From a virus (lineage: Duplodnaviria; Caudoviricetes): a DNA stretch of 64,000 bases. The translations under genes and the position numbers were made by a program. The notes under the pieces were generated by a model. That model had not been told where the DNA came from. It saw only the letters and a program-made list of their open reading frames with translations, and searched no databases. Where the stretch lies: positions 473-64,472 of IMG/VR virus record IMGVR_UViG_3300035088_000004, one strand, 5' to 3'. Shown piece by piece: positions 1 through 8,828 of this stretch. Every line of letters starts with the position of its first letter. The first letter of the stretch is position 1.

Positions 1-685
1 TGAAGTGGGCGGGTTGTTCGGTAGAGATGACAAGGGTTTTGCCGGGTAGGTTAGTTAAACCGAAGTTGCTAGTTTCAATATCGCTCAGCCCTAACACCCC
101 GCATTGCGTGCCCAGCATCGACTCCAGACCGCTGATGAAGGTTGATTTGCCACCGCCAGGTGGACCGTAGAGCCAGACAGCGATCTCGTATTTTGTCAGT
201 CCAGTGATTGCGTATCCGGCGAACTCTTGTAAAAAGACGGCCACCTGCTCGCCTACAACATCCAGTAAGAACTTTAACCAGCAATCGGAAGTTGCGTCGG
301 GATCATAAGCGAAGGGTAGCTTCACCGTGCGATAATTCTCCGGCAAGTGCCCGCGACGTTCGCCAGTGAGAAAATCTAAGGTGCAGTCGTCGAATACCAG
401 CAATCCCTTGTCCCGATCGAATTGATCGTCACGGATGAATCGATGCGCTTTAATGAGATTGAAAAGTGAGTTGATAAGCCCGTTGTCAACTTTGACCGCG
501 ACCTTCCGCTGCGTCATCACTGACTCCTGGATCTCACGTCGAATCAGTAGCTCGGGAATAGTCGGCCAAACACCGTTATCGTACCTGCGCCACTCGCCCA
601 GCCCGTAGATCGTGTTTGGGTAATCGGACAGATACCGATCACGTAGACGGATCTGGCGCAAGTCCAGCTTTAGGGGTACAGGCAT
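1..685 (-). CDS. D5/P4-family SF3 helicase, N-terminal part (D5_N + Walker A), runs off left edge
   Basis: Manual translation from ATG 685: MPVPLKLDLRQ...WRRYDNGVW...TVKLPFAYDPDA...WLYGPPGGGKSTF; missing from ORF track because it is truncated. Confidence 0.9.
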   Translation of the reverse strand, partial: MPVPLKLDLRQIRLRDRYLSDYPNTIYGLGEWRRYDNGVWPTIPELLIRREIQESVMTQRKVAVKVDNGLINSLFNLIKAHRFIRDDQFDRDKGLLVFDDCTLDFLTGERRGHLPENYRTVKLPFAYDPDATSDCWLKFLLDVVGEQVAVFLQEFAGYAITGLTKYEIAVWLYGPPGGGKSTFISGLESMLGTQCGVLGLSDIETSNFGLTNLPGKTLVISTEQPAHF

Positions 686-694
686 TGATTGCCG

Positions 695-889
695 TTAGCT
701 TTTCTTAAAGATTTTGGTTTCGATACCGTTGGTGCGCTTCTTGAACTTGCGCAGTTCTGTCTTTGGGATGCCGAGTCTGCCAAGGATCTTGGTGTACTGC
801 ACACGGTTCTGCTTAATAGCAATGTAAACCGTCGCGTCCTGCACGCCCAGTCGCCGCGCAAACTCTTGTACTGTCAGGAAGTCTCCCAT
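695..889 (-). CDS. Small HTH DNA-binding protein (excisionase/HTH_17-like), leaderless
   Basis: MGDFLTVQEFARRLGVQDATVYIAIKQ; ATG 8 nt after TACTAT. Confidence 0.8.
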   Translation of the reverse strand: MGDFLTVQEFARRLGVQDATVYIAIKQNRVQYTKILGRLGIPKTELRKFKKRTNGIETKIFKKS

Positions 890-897
890 ACTCGCGG

Positions 898-969
898 ATA
901 GTAGCACTGGAAATAATTCTCAGTCAAGTTAAAATAAATGTTGACTTGAGTCAAAGTTGCTGCTAGACT
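898..969. promoter_or_regulatory. Divergent sigma70-type promoter pair with palindromic operator
   Basis: +: TTGACT(941)-17-TAGACT(964); -: TTGACT(927)-18-TACTAT(903); palindrome TTGACTTGAGTCAA at 941-954. Confidence 0.75.
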
Positions 970-1089
970 GCGCTCACCTTGAAACGCGACGCAACATTAA
1001 GATTGACTGCCAAGGATAAGCAGGCTGCAAAAGCCGCGACGCTCGGTATCCACGGGACAGTTCAAGCGGATGGAACGCTTTGAATCATC

Positions 1090-1272
1090 TTGACGGTAGT
1101 GCGGTCGCACTACGGGGATAGCTCAAAGCACCTGACGGATCGTGAGAAGATCTACCGTGCTGGGAACGCCATTGCGGATTGGGTTGGTCTAAGTAGCTGG
1201 ATTGACATTCCGCTGATGCAGTACCCGGAACGGGTCGCGGAGTTTCATCGAATGACTCAAGAGGCGAGTTAG
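1090..1272 (+). CDS. Hypothetical early protein
   Basis: ORF track; position after promoter; start uncertain. Confidence 0.4.
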   Translation: MTVVRSHYGDSSKHLTDREKIYRAGNAIADWVGLSSWIDIPLMQYPERVAEFHRMTQEAS

Positions 1273-1296
1273 CGCCAACGCTCACTATGAAACAGG

Positions 1297-1491
1297 ATGG
1301 AGGATGTAGTAATGGCAATCGATGATGCGCTTGATGTAGGTATCGACTGCGACGAATGTGGCGAGCACGAGAACGTCGATGTCAGTGGCTACGTACATGA
1401 GCAGTTGCGCAAGCGAGGCTGGAAGTTGAACACGTCAGAGGGCGACTTGTGTATGGGATGCGCCATGAAGCAGAAAGACGAGGACGACTAA
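1297..1491 (+). CDS. Small zinc-ribbon protein (CxxC...GW...CxxC)
   Basis: CDEC...RGW...DLCMGC. Confidence 0.65.
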   Translation: MEDVVMAIDDALDVGIDCDECGEHENVDVSGYVHEQLRKRGWKLNTSEGDLCMGCAMKQKDEDD

Positions 1492-1530
1492 CCAGCCGCT
1501 CACTCTAAACCCGATGGGAGGGATTGAACG

Positions 1531-2370
1531 ATGAAACCGACAGAGAAATCACCGGCAATTGATCAGGCGCTTACTGACATCTTTGGCGTCGATCGCAAGG
1601 GAAGCATCGAGGCGGGGCAGTGTGTGTTCTGTCAAGCACCGCTAACCAACTTCCGCAACGCGATCTCAAAATGTGAGGCGGCAATCAGCGGGCAGTGTCA
1701 GAAGTGTCAGGATGAAGTGTTCGGATACGATGAGCCTGATACGCCGCTGCTACCGCCACAGCCGACACGCCAGTTCTACACGCCAACCGACAACGACTTC
1801 GTAATCCAGCGACAGCAGATGATCTCCGGTCGTGGCTCCGCTGAATCCAGACGCTACCACAAATACCTTGGCAGGTCCGGTAAAACGTGGCTTGTAGCTG
1901 ACCAGCCTAATGCGGCAGCGAATATTTACGTCGAAGGTGGACCGAACAGTGACGGATTCGGTGGCTCGACGCTGACCTTCTCGCTGGTTGACGGTGGTGA
2001 AGTCAAGCTGAAAGGTCCGTGGCACGCGAACTCAGACAGCCTGTTTGCCGACACTGATATTGACGTGCGCGATCGACATTATACCTATGTCGTCATCGGT
2101 CGCCGCCGTGAGTCAGGCGAGCACTACGAGTCGATTATCGCCGATGTGTTGTATCGAGATGACGAGCCGCAGCTAGGGTCGTTCCATCGTGGAGATGAGT
2201 TGGCACGACAGTGGGCGCGAGAGATCGGCGCGCAAGTGTTCCTTTACTCCGAGAGCGAAGGCGGTTCATCACATGGTCCAGTACAACCTGACGCCGTGTT
2301 CTACTGGGAGCGGGATGAGAAAGCGACAACCGACCTATCAGCCGCGCAGGATTCGATAGTGAGACGATGA
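1531..2370 (+). CDS. Hypothetical protein with N-terminal Zn finger
   Basis: 279 aa, SD GGAGG, CVFC...CQKC. Confidence 0.75.
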   Translation: MKPTEKSPAIDQALTDIFGVDRKGSIEAGQCVFCQAPLTNFRNAISKCEAAISGQCQKCQDEVFGYDEPDTPLLPPQPTRQFYTPTDNDFVIQRQQMISGRGSAESRRYHKYLGRSGKTWLVADQPNAAANIYVEGGPNSDGFGGSTLTFSLVDGGEVKLKGPWHANSDSLFADTDIDVRDRHYTYVVIGRRRESGEHYESIIADVLYRDDEPQLGSFHRGDELARQWAREIGAQVFLYSESEGGSSHGPVQPDAVFYWERDEKATTDLSAAQDSIVRR

Positions 2371-2397
2371 AACCGATGGAGGGATGGTGGTGATGGA

Positions 2398-2565
2398 ATG
2401 ACCTATGAAGTAACGATAACGATAACCGTGCCGGATGTCGAAAGCGGCTCGGAAGATGATGCGATCAACTTCGTCACCGAGGCTATAGAAGACAGCTTCC
2501 TTCAGCAGGTTCAGTTTCGCAATGGACGGGCAACAGGCGGGAGTGTTGACGATGAAACTGTTTGA
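2398..2565 (+). CDS. Hypothetical protein (55 aa)
   Basis: Manual ORF MTYEVTITITVPDV...; fills the gap between neighbours. Confidence 0.5.
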   Translation: MTYEVTITITVPDVESGSEDDAINFVTEAIEDSFLQQVQFRNGRATGGSVDDETV

Positions 2566-2782
2566 GGTTCTGTACGACGGTGCTTCACGGCCTATCATCC
2601 AGACGCCGACCGGGCGCTGGTTAAGTCTAAGTCAGTTTGAGCATGGCCGCTGGCAACCATACGAGCGGGAAGATAGCGACTGCTGCACAATTGTTGAATC
2701 ACTCAACTGGCTACTGGTCCACGCGCCGGAGATTATACGCGAGTGGGAAGTTGATGACGACGCACCAACGCCCACCAGTTGA
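2552..2782 (+). CDS. Hypothetical protein
   Basis: ORF track frame; likely start MKLFEV after GGGAG. Confidence 0.6.
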   Translation: MKLFEVLYDGASRPIIQTPTGRWLSLSQFEHGRWQPYEREDSDCCTIVESLNWLLVHAPEIIREWEVDDDAPTPTS

Positions 2783-2802
2783 AACCGGGGGAGTGAAGGG
2801 GG

Positions 2803-3198
2803 ATGGACCAAATGGATGACGACGGGCTGACATTGAGCGATATGGCCGCTGACGACTCGTTAGCTTGGCACTCAGACCATCCCGTCTTCTGGCGCTGGTT
2901 TGGTTACTACTGGTTACAGATCCGGTATTTCATCTGGCGTCGCGGCGGTTCGAAACTCTTTTGGTCCATTGGTAAACAACCACCTGCAAAGAAGTGGTGG
3001 ATCAGGTGGTGCTATCCGGGTCACAGCGATCCGTGTCAATCGTGTGGTTACAGTTGGGACTGGGGCGACAACGACGGATGGTTCAAGTGCGAGGGCGGCG
3101 GCGGCTATTCAGGCGGGGATTACACGGTCCACTGGTTCGAGGGCACACAAACCTGTCCACGCTGCCGGATGTCATGGTACTACTCGGATAGTGACTGA
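2803..3198 (+). CDS. Hypothetical Trp/Cys-rich protein
   Basis: 131 aa, CQSC...CPRC. Confidence 0.65.
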   Translation: MDQMDDDGLTLSDMAADDSLAWHSDHPVFWRWFGYYWLQIRYFIWRRGGSKLFWSIGKQPPAKKWWIRWCYPGHSDPCQSCGYSWDWGDNDGWFKCEGGGGYSGGDYTVHWFEGTQTCPRCRMSWYYSDSD

Positions 3199-3235
3199 CC
3201 ACCACCCACCACCAACGACTGAGGAGTGAAGAGAG

Positions 3236-3448
3236 ATGGCTGTCGTTACTGAACAGGGTAAGCATCTTGTGTTACTGGCTCTACGACTCAACTGGAAGCG
3301 TCAGACAGGATTGGAATTACGGCTTGATCAGAACATTGGCGGCGTGATTATGTCGCTGGCCCACGTGGACGAACTGATAGCCGAGCTGATTAGTTGTCGT
3401 GACGTAATAGAGCGCGAGAATAAACGACGGGAGGACTCAGACCGATGA
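3236..3448 (+). CDS. Hypothetical protein
   Basis: SD GAGGAG; ATGA coupling to next gene. Confidence 0.65.
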   Translation: MAVVTEQGKHLVLLALRLNWKRQTGLELRLDQNIGGVIMSLAHVDELIAELISCRDVIERENKRREDSDR

Positions 3449-3831
3449 CGACCTACGAGCTTGACGAGGTGGAACGGCGGGTGTTGGCCGGGGTGCGGGA
3501 TGTTGGACGGGCGGTGTCAATCGCAACTCTCCGAGCCGCCATCCTCGACACCATCGACGCTGGTTGTCATCATCCCGATGGCATGTCGCATGAGTGGCGG
3601 TTTAACTCGGCGAATGAGGAGTTTGCCAACCAGCAACGATGTGACTTTGTGGACCGAGTAGCTGAACGAGTGATCCAGTTGCAAGCGGAGCCGCTGTTGT
3701 ACGACGCGGTGCTGCTGAGTAAGCTGAGCGACGCACAAGCTGAATACAACCGTGGCTACCGCGACGGGTGGGAGGATCGCGTGTTGGATGACGGGGAGAT
3801 GCGACGGAAGGTGGAGGAGGGGGTGAGATGA
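3445..3831 (+). CDS. Hypothetical protein
   Basis: Coupled ORF chain. Confidence 0.7.
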   Translation: MTTYELDEVERRVLAGVRDVGRAVSIATLRAAILDTIDAGCHHPDGMSHEWRFNSANEEFANQQRCDFVDRVAERVIQLQAEPLLYDAVLLSKLSDAQAEYNRGYRDGWEDRVLDDGEMRRKVEEGVR

Positions 3832-4172
3832 ACAAACGAGTGAAGAAACTGTGGTTGAAGGCGCTGCGGAGTGGGAAGTATAAGCAAGGCCGACTGCAAC
3901 TATGCCGATTAAACAATGATGGTAGTAAACGTCATTGCTGTCTTGGTGTATTGGAAGAGGTGGCCGTCGAGCAAGGTATTATCGAATCTTACGAGTGCAG
4001 AAGGGCTACGTTGGACGACGATGTTGCACGTTGGGCAGAACTGGTTGACGGTGACACAGTACGCGACGATCCAATACTCGGTAAAACAGATAGAGCAATG
4101 AAGGCCAGCCGTATGAACGATAGCGGTTATTCGTTCCGTGCTATTGCAAGACGAATTGAGAAGTATCTATGA
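3828..4172 (+). CDS. Phage protein (W..ALRSG.Y.Q...CCLGVL), paralog of 34202-34528
   Basis: Motifs shared with second copy. Confidence 0.8.
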   Translation: MNKRVKKLWLKALRSGKYKQGRLQLCRLNNDGSKRHCCLGVLEEVAVEQGIIESYECRRATLDDDVARWAELVDGDTVRDDPILGKTDRAMKASRMNDSGYSFRAIARRIEKYL

Positions 4173-4360
4173 CCACAACAACCGATAAACCTAACGACAT
4201 GGTATCCAATCTCTTAGGATCATCCATGCTGGTTGCTTGTGTCCGTTGTGGATCGTCGGCGACTTACCGAGGGTCACCGGAGAAGATCAACGAAGCTGCC
4301 AAGGTATTCTACGAACTGCATGAACGGTGCTGGCAACGGCATAAATCAGATAAGGAATAA
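4169..4360 (+). CDS. Hypothetical protein
   Basis: Coupled ORF, CVRC. Confidence 0.6.
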   Translation: MTTTTDKPNDMVSNLLGSSMLVACVRCGSSATYRGSPEKINEAAKVFYELHERCWQRHKSDKE

Positions 4361-4365
4361 GTAAG

Positions 4366-4731
4366 ATGACCACTACACCACCACCCACCACCCCGCCGAC
4401 GGTAGCGCATGATAGCGACGTTCCGACTCCGATAGTCCAGCGGTGGGAACTGAGTCAGAGCTACATGATGGAGTACGCGTCTAGCGGTGAATTCGTGCAG
4501 TACTCAGACTACCTTACGCTACATAGAACTTACTGGAACTTGCTGATCGCTACGGGCAATGTAGCTATTGCTGCGGTAGGCAGTCAGTTCGTTGTTCCCG
4601 AGAGTGGGGTAAAAATGGACTGTATGAATAAGGAGAGGCGGTCTGCGGCTATGACTCCGATGACGCATAATTCATCAACCTGTAGTTGCGAGATGTGCCG
4701 CTGGGCCGATGAGCCGATGAGAAGGCAATAG
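4366..4731 (+). CDS. Hypothetical protein
   Basis: SD AAGGA. Confidence 0.6.
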   Translation: MTTTPPPTTPPTVAHDSDVPTPIVQRWELSQSYMMEYASSGEFVQYSDYLTLHRTYWNLLIATGNVAIAAVGSQFVVPESGVKMDCMNKERRSAAMTPMTHNSSTCSCEMCRWADEPMRRQ

Positions 4732-4742
4732 GAGCGGGGTTA

Positions 4743-5096
4743 ATGACGACTGATCAATTACGTGATGCGCTTAAAGCCGATGACTGGCGTATTGAAACCG
4801 AGGGCTACTCATGGAAACGGACAGGTGTTGGCTGGTGGGCGTGGAAGGTATTCGAAGGCTTTCCCGATTGTACCAGCAATGAGAAGCCGCCCCACGTTGC
4901 GATCCTACCGTGGGTTGTTACGAGTTCAGATCATACGTTTCGTTCAGTTCAATTCACCGTCACCGGAGAAGTGCGTGATCGCTGGGTAGAGTTTCAAGTT
5001 TACAGCGTGCAGTTGGATGAAACACTGGAAGTGCTCCCGTGTGCGGTAGCGATACTGAAAGCGGCTTGGAATGCCGCTGCGAAAGTTGAGGTTTAG
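4743..5096 (+). CDS. Hypothetical protein
   Basis: SD AGGAG; 117 aa. Confidence 0.7.
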   Translation: MTTDQLRDALKADDWRIETEGYSWKRTGVGWWAWKVFEGFPDCTSNEKPPHVAILPWVVTSSDHTFRSVQFTVTGEVRDRWVEFQVYSVQLDETLEVLPCAVAILKAAWNAAAKVEV

Positions 5097-5098
5097 TT

Positions 5099-5620
5099 GT
5101 GGCTGAAGAAGTGAAGGTGACTAGGATTTGGGGAGTTGGCGGCACTCAGCAGAGCCAAGGTCGCGAGCGTATTCGCCGTGCGTTACAGAAACTCCTTCCC
5201 GCTTATGACTTCACCGCCTTTCCTGTCCAGTCACTGCGGCCTTATCAACGAGACGGAGAATTACCTGCGTGGTCTATCGGAGCAAAGCGCAAAACAGACA
5301 ATAAGTATTTTGATGTGTACTGTCACGACACTATGAGCGACTGCTTCCTGTTTGGGTTGCAAGTGGCAACTGAGGCATGGGACTCAATTCAGATAACGGC
5401 AGCATGGCCGGAGCGGACTGCTATTGCCATACGGGAGGATCACAACCCCAATGACGAAAGACAAGGCAACAGCAAATCGTCAGCGTTAGCGCCGATCAAG
5501 GTGTCTGCCGAAGAATGGTATGGCGGTGCGCCCAATCAACACTGTGATGAATGTCGGCGGCTTGGTATTTGTGCTTACCATCGTGATTATCCGCACAACA
5601 TGGGATCGCGTAAGGACTGA
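5099..5620 (+). CDS. Hypothetical protein
   Basis: SD GAGGT; 173 aa. Confidence 0.65.
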   Translation: MAEEVKVTRIWGVGGTQQSQGRERIRRALQKLLPAYDFTAFPVQSLRPYQRDGELPAWSIGAKRKTDNKYFDVYCHDTMSDCFLFGLQVATEAWDSIQITAAWPERTAIAIREDHNPNDERQGNSKSSALAPIKVSAEEWYGGAPNQHCDECRRLGICAYHRDYPHNMGSRKD

Positions 5621-5630
5621 AGGTTAGACC

Positions 5631-5903
5631 ATGAGTAAAGGAACCAGAGGGACGAATCGCTGCAAACAGATCGTTCGTGCTGGACATCGTTGTCCGCGCG
5701 CCGCCAAGCGTGATGGGTTCTGTGATGCCCACTGGCTAATGCGGTTTGGTCATCAATGGGAGACATCCGCGCTCATCTGCGCACGTTGCAATGAACACTG
5801 GCAACCGAGCACTCGAAGCACGTGCTTGCTCAGCCCCTACTTGGACCAGCCTCCCAGCGTCTACCCTGAGCGGATCAGAAACGGAGTAGCTGATGCTAAA
5901 TGA
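5631..5903 (+). CDS. Cys/His-rich zinc-finger-like protein
   Basis: RCKQ...RC...FCDAH, CARC. Confidence 0.6.
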   Translation: MSKGTRGTNRCKQIVRAGHRCPRAAKRDGFCDAHWLMRFGHQWETSALICARCNEHWQPSTRSTCLLSPYLDQPPSVYPERIRNGVADAK

Positions 5904-6252
5904 ACAGGAAGTACAGGAGCGGTGGAGGCTGAAACGCACGCGACAGTGCGCAAAGTGTCCGTGGCGAAAGGATGTAAATCCGCGCGATATTCCGAACGGC
6001 TATTCGGAAACGAAACATCGCGGACTGCAATCCACCATCGCGCGCGATCCGCTGTTATCAATCATGGAGCCAACGCACGCAATGGCTTGCCATGAGACTC
6101 ACGATGCGCATTGCGTAGGATGGATCGTTAACCAAATGGGACCGGGGAATAACATTGGCCTACGTATCCGGCTTGCCTCGTGTGCAAACGTTGGCGAAAT
6201 CAAGTTAACAGGCGAGCAGCACATAACTTTCGCGGAGACGCTACCGAGATGA
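5893..6252 (+). CDS. DUF6283-like Cys/His protein
   Basis: CAKCPWRKD...MACHETH...HCVGW pattern, recognised from memory. Confidence 0.65.
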   Translation: MLNEQEVQERWRLKRTRQCAKCPWRKDVNPRDIPNGYSETKHRGLQSTIARDPLLSIMEPTHAMACHETHDAHCVGWIVNQMGPGNNIGLRIRLASCANVGEIKLTGEQHITFAETLPR

Positions 6253-6602
6253 AGACCACCGAACAACTAAACGAATTGTTGAGTGTGGCTGAGGGTGCCG
6301 CAAAGTTACGACCGGGGCCGTGGTCCGTATGGGATAGCTGCTCGTGGCGGCGAATCGGAACCACCGCGCCGTATGCAGACGGCGACGTGATTTGTCCGGT
6401 TACGCAAAGAGACGGACACCCCGACCTGTTAGCAGAGCGCGAAGTATTGGACCACGTTGCCGCCTTTGATCCAACTACATGTGCAGAGCTGGTACGGGAG
6501 GTAATGCGGCTAAGTCGCGAACTAAATATAGCAAAGGACTTCATTCTTGAGCATCACGGTGCGGAACCGCCACTTGAGCGCGACGCGGAGGAGCAACCAT
6601 GA
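6249..6602 (+). CDS. Ead/Ea22-like early protein
   Basis: PGPW...HVAAFDPTTCAELVREV motif; ATGA-coupled start 6249. Confidence 0.6.
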   Translation: MKTTEQLNELLSVAEGAAKLRPGPWSVWDSCSWRRIGTTAPYADGDVICPVTQRDGHPDLLAEREVLDHVAAFDPTTCAELVREVMRLSRELNIAKDFILEHHGAEPPLERDAEEQP

Positions 6603-6796
6603 CAACTTCATTAGAGCGACAAGGATTCGCTGTGACGCCGCCGGTACTGCGCGGCAGCGGACCGCAAATGGAAGACTACCGCAATTGGGATGACTGGTAT
6701 TTCGCCCGTCAGGTATGGGTCATGGAGCGTATGACGGGACAGGCTGATCTGCGCATGAAAGAAGCAACGGAGAAGGTGAGAATCAAGCGTGACTAA
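6599..6796 (+). CDS. Hypothetical protein
   Basis: SD GGAGG, coupled. Confidence 0.6.
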   Translation: MTTSLERQGFAVTPPVLRGSGPQMEDYRNWDDWYFARQVWVMERMTGQADLRMKEATEKVRIKRD

Positions 6797-7019
6797 CGAA
6801 TCAGAAACGGAAGCAACGGGCAAGATGATCCAGATTGAAGCGTTGGTTCTAAGTTGGGTTGACAACAGCATCGGAGAGGAAGAAGCAATTAAACAGATTG
6901 CCGAGGTTATCAATGCGCTGACTGCCGAAGAAGGCGATCTGATAGTTGGAGCGATTCCATTGCAGGCGTTACCAAACCCGCAACCCCGGCAGCAGGATGG
7001 CGAGGGAGAGAAATCGTGA
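6789..7019 (+). CDS. Hypothetical protein
   Basis: Overlapping ORF chain. Confidence 0.55.
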   Translation: MTNESETEATGKMIQIEALVLSWVDNSIGEEEAIKQIAEVINALTAEEGDLIVGAIPLQALPNPQPRQQDGEGEKS

Positions 7020-7393
7020 GAGAGAGAGAGAGAGAGAGAGAGAGGCACTGTGAAACTTGTACCTGTGGCCTGACTTATATTGAGTGGTCCGATAGAGATG
7101 GATGGGTTGATTTGAACAACTCTGAGTCTGTCGCTGAAGCTATTATAAATTGCTCGCTAGACCATTCATATGACCGGACTGGAGACGGAATTCCTTACGG
7201 CATTCCCGATTCAATACGTAGTGCGTTAGCGCCGGTTGTTGCGAAGCATCTGTCTGCCGTAGAGCCGAAGTGGGAAGATAAGACCGTTTATATGGACCTT
7301 GAAGAAGATAGCGAACGCAGGAGAGAAGCATTCAAGCGGGAATTAATTGAGGCATGCGAGCGCGAAGTGAAAGGTGGTGCAGGTGATAGGTGA
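7016..7393 (+). CDS. Hypothetical protein starting with an (RE)n tract
   Basis: GTGA coupling; 125 aa. Confidence 0.6.
   Translation: MRERERERERHCETCTCGLTYIEWSDRDGWVDLNNSESVAEAIINCSLDHSYDRTGDGIPYGIPDSIRSALAPVVAKHLSAVEPKWEDKTVYMDLEEDSERRREAFKRELIEACEREVKGGAGDR
7018..7043 (+). repeat. (GA)13 microsatellite
   Basis: Read directly. Confidence 0.95.
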
Positions 7394-7500
7394 TCTAAAG
7401 GGGGCGCTAATCGTCTTTTGTATGGCAGTGATCATCCGTGCACTGACTGATCGAATCAAACGCAACCAATAAGCGTTTACACAGTGAAAGGCAAATCACA

Positions 7501-8469
7501 ATGAGCGGGATTGATGACATTCGAGAGCGATGGTCGCGCAGGGATATACCCGAGCAGTTATTTAGCGCGCACGTCAAACAAGATATCGACTACCTTCTCT
7601 CCTGTATAGAAGGCAGTGGTCGGCAATGCCGGAACTGTGGGCGCGAGCTACAGTTCTCCATTGAAAGCGATAGCTATTGCTGCGGCGTTAGATACCTTGC
7701 GTCGGATTTCGTTTCTGCGCCCTCCGGCGTGAAATACGATCCATTCAGACGCGCCACCACCCCAACCGCAGGCAGCGAGCGGTGTGCTGAGTCGAATCCG
7801 CAATGTGTGCATTGCGGACACTCTAAACCAACAAAAAACGGTTTCTGCAATGAGCAAGTACCCGGCGGTTATTGTTGGTGTAAGTGTGTCTTCCCTGCGC
7901 CACCTGAAGCTGAGGTGCTGGTCCGTCGCTCTGACGCGGCGCGATGCGCAGAACTGGTTAACGATTCGATTAAGGCCAAGGGAAAGTTTGCTGCCGCGAT
8001 ACTAATGATGCCGCCGTATCCCGCGCCTGACTGTCCAATCTGCGGCTACGCGATAGACAATCAAGGCTTATGCGTGTTGGACAGTACACATACCTCAACG
8101 TCACCACTCGCTTCCACTCCAGTACCAGCCGAGGCTGCGGCGCGGGAACCACATCCGATTGAGAAGCTGATTCAGCAATGGCGTAACACGCTGTCGCCCG
8201 ATTCGGTTGTTACCGATGAAGATGCCGAAGATTTGGTGCTCAGACTGATTGCAAAACGAGGCCAGCCGAGCACCGCTACTAACAGCGCAGTAGTGGAAGC
8301 AAACGATCTCGTCACCCAAGCCCGAGCATTCAATACTGAGATTGCTAACTGTGGCATCAATCCGCAGCGAGCGCATGAACTGATTGATGAGTTGGCAGGG
8401 GAAGTTGAGCGGCTGACTGCGGTGCTTGATGGGTTGAAACGGAAGGATGATGATAGTCGGTCAGGTTGA
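7501..8469 (+). CDS. Multi zinc-finger hypothetical protein
   Basis: 322 aa; CRNC, CVHC, CWC.C, CPIC clusters. Confidence 0.7.
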   Translation: MSGIDDIRERWSRRDIPEQLFSAHVKQDIDYLLSCIEGSGRQCRNCGRELQFSIESDSYCCGVRYLASDFVSAPSGVKYDPFRRATTPTAGSERCAESNPQCVHCGHSKPTKNGFCNEQVPGGYCWCKCVFPAPPEAEVLVRRSDAARCAELVNDSIKAKGKFAAAILMMPPYPAPDCPICGYAIDNQGLCVLDSTHTSTSPLASTPVPAEAAAREPHPIEKLIQQWRNTLSPDSVVTDEDAEDLVLRLIAKRGQPSTATNSAVVEANDLVTQARAFNTEIANCGINPQRAHELIDELAGEVERLTAVLDGLKRKDDDSRSG

Positions 8470-8483
8470 TGGATAAATAGGTG

Positions 8484-8512
8484 TTGACAACTTGGAAAGT
8501 GTCCGCTAACAT
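8484..8512 (+). promoter_or_regulatory. sigma70-type promoter with imperfect palindrome
   Basis: TTGACA-17-TAACAT; GACAACTT-GGA-AAGTGTC; ATG 8 nt downstream. Confidence 0.7.
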
Positions 8513-8520
8513 GCTGACTC

Positions 8521-8757
8521 ATGCGAACACGGAATGGTTTTAGGCCTTGTCCTAAGTGTAATGGTAGCGGAGAGATCGTTGATCCAGTGGAACAGGGGCG
8601 AAAGATGAGAGCTTTACGAACTGCGTCAGGTAAGACATTACGGGAAGTAGCAAGGGTTGTTAGACATTCTCCCGCTTATATCAGCGATCTGGAACTTGGA
8701 AGACGCGGCTGGAATCAATCCTTAATCGAAAAGTACAAGGCTGCTGTTCGCGCTTAG
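8521..8757 (+). CDS. XRE-family HTH regulator with N-terminal CxxCxGxG, leaderless
   Basis: MRALRTASGKTLREVARVVRHSPAYISDLELGRR. Confidence 0.85.
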   Translation: MRTRNGFRPCPKCNGSGEIVDPVEQGRKMRALRTASGKTLREVARVVRHSPAYISDLELGRRGWNQSLIEKYKAAVRA

Positions 8758-8828
8758 TCAGCAAGCAGTAGCAAAGGGTAACTAGAATACAGGCCGCACA
8801 ATTGCCGCCTGAGAGAGAACACCCGAAC

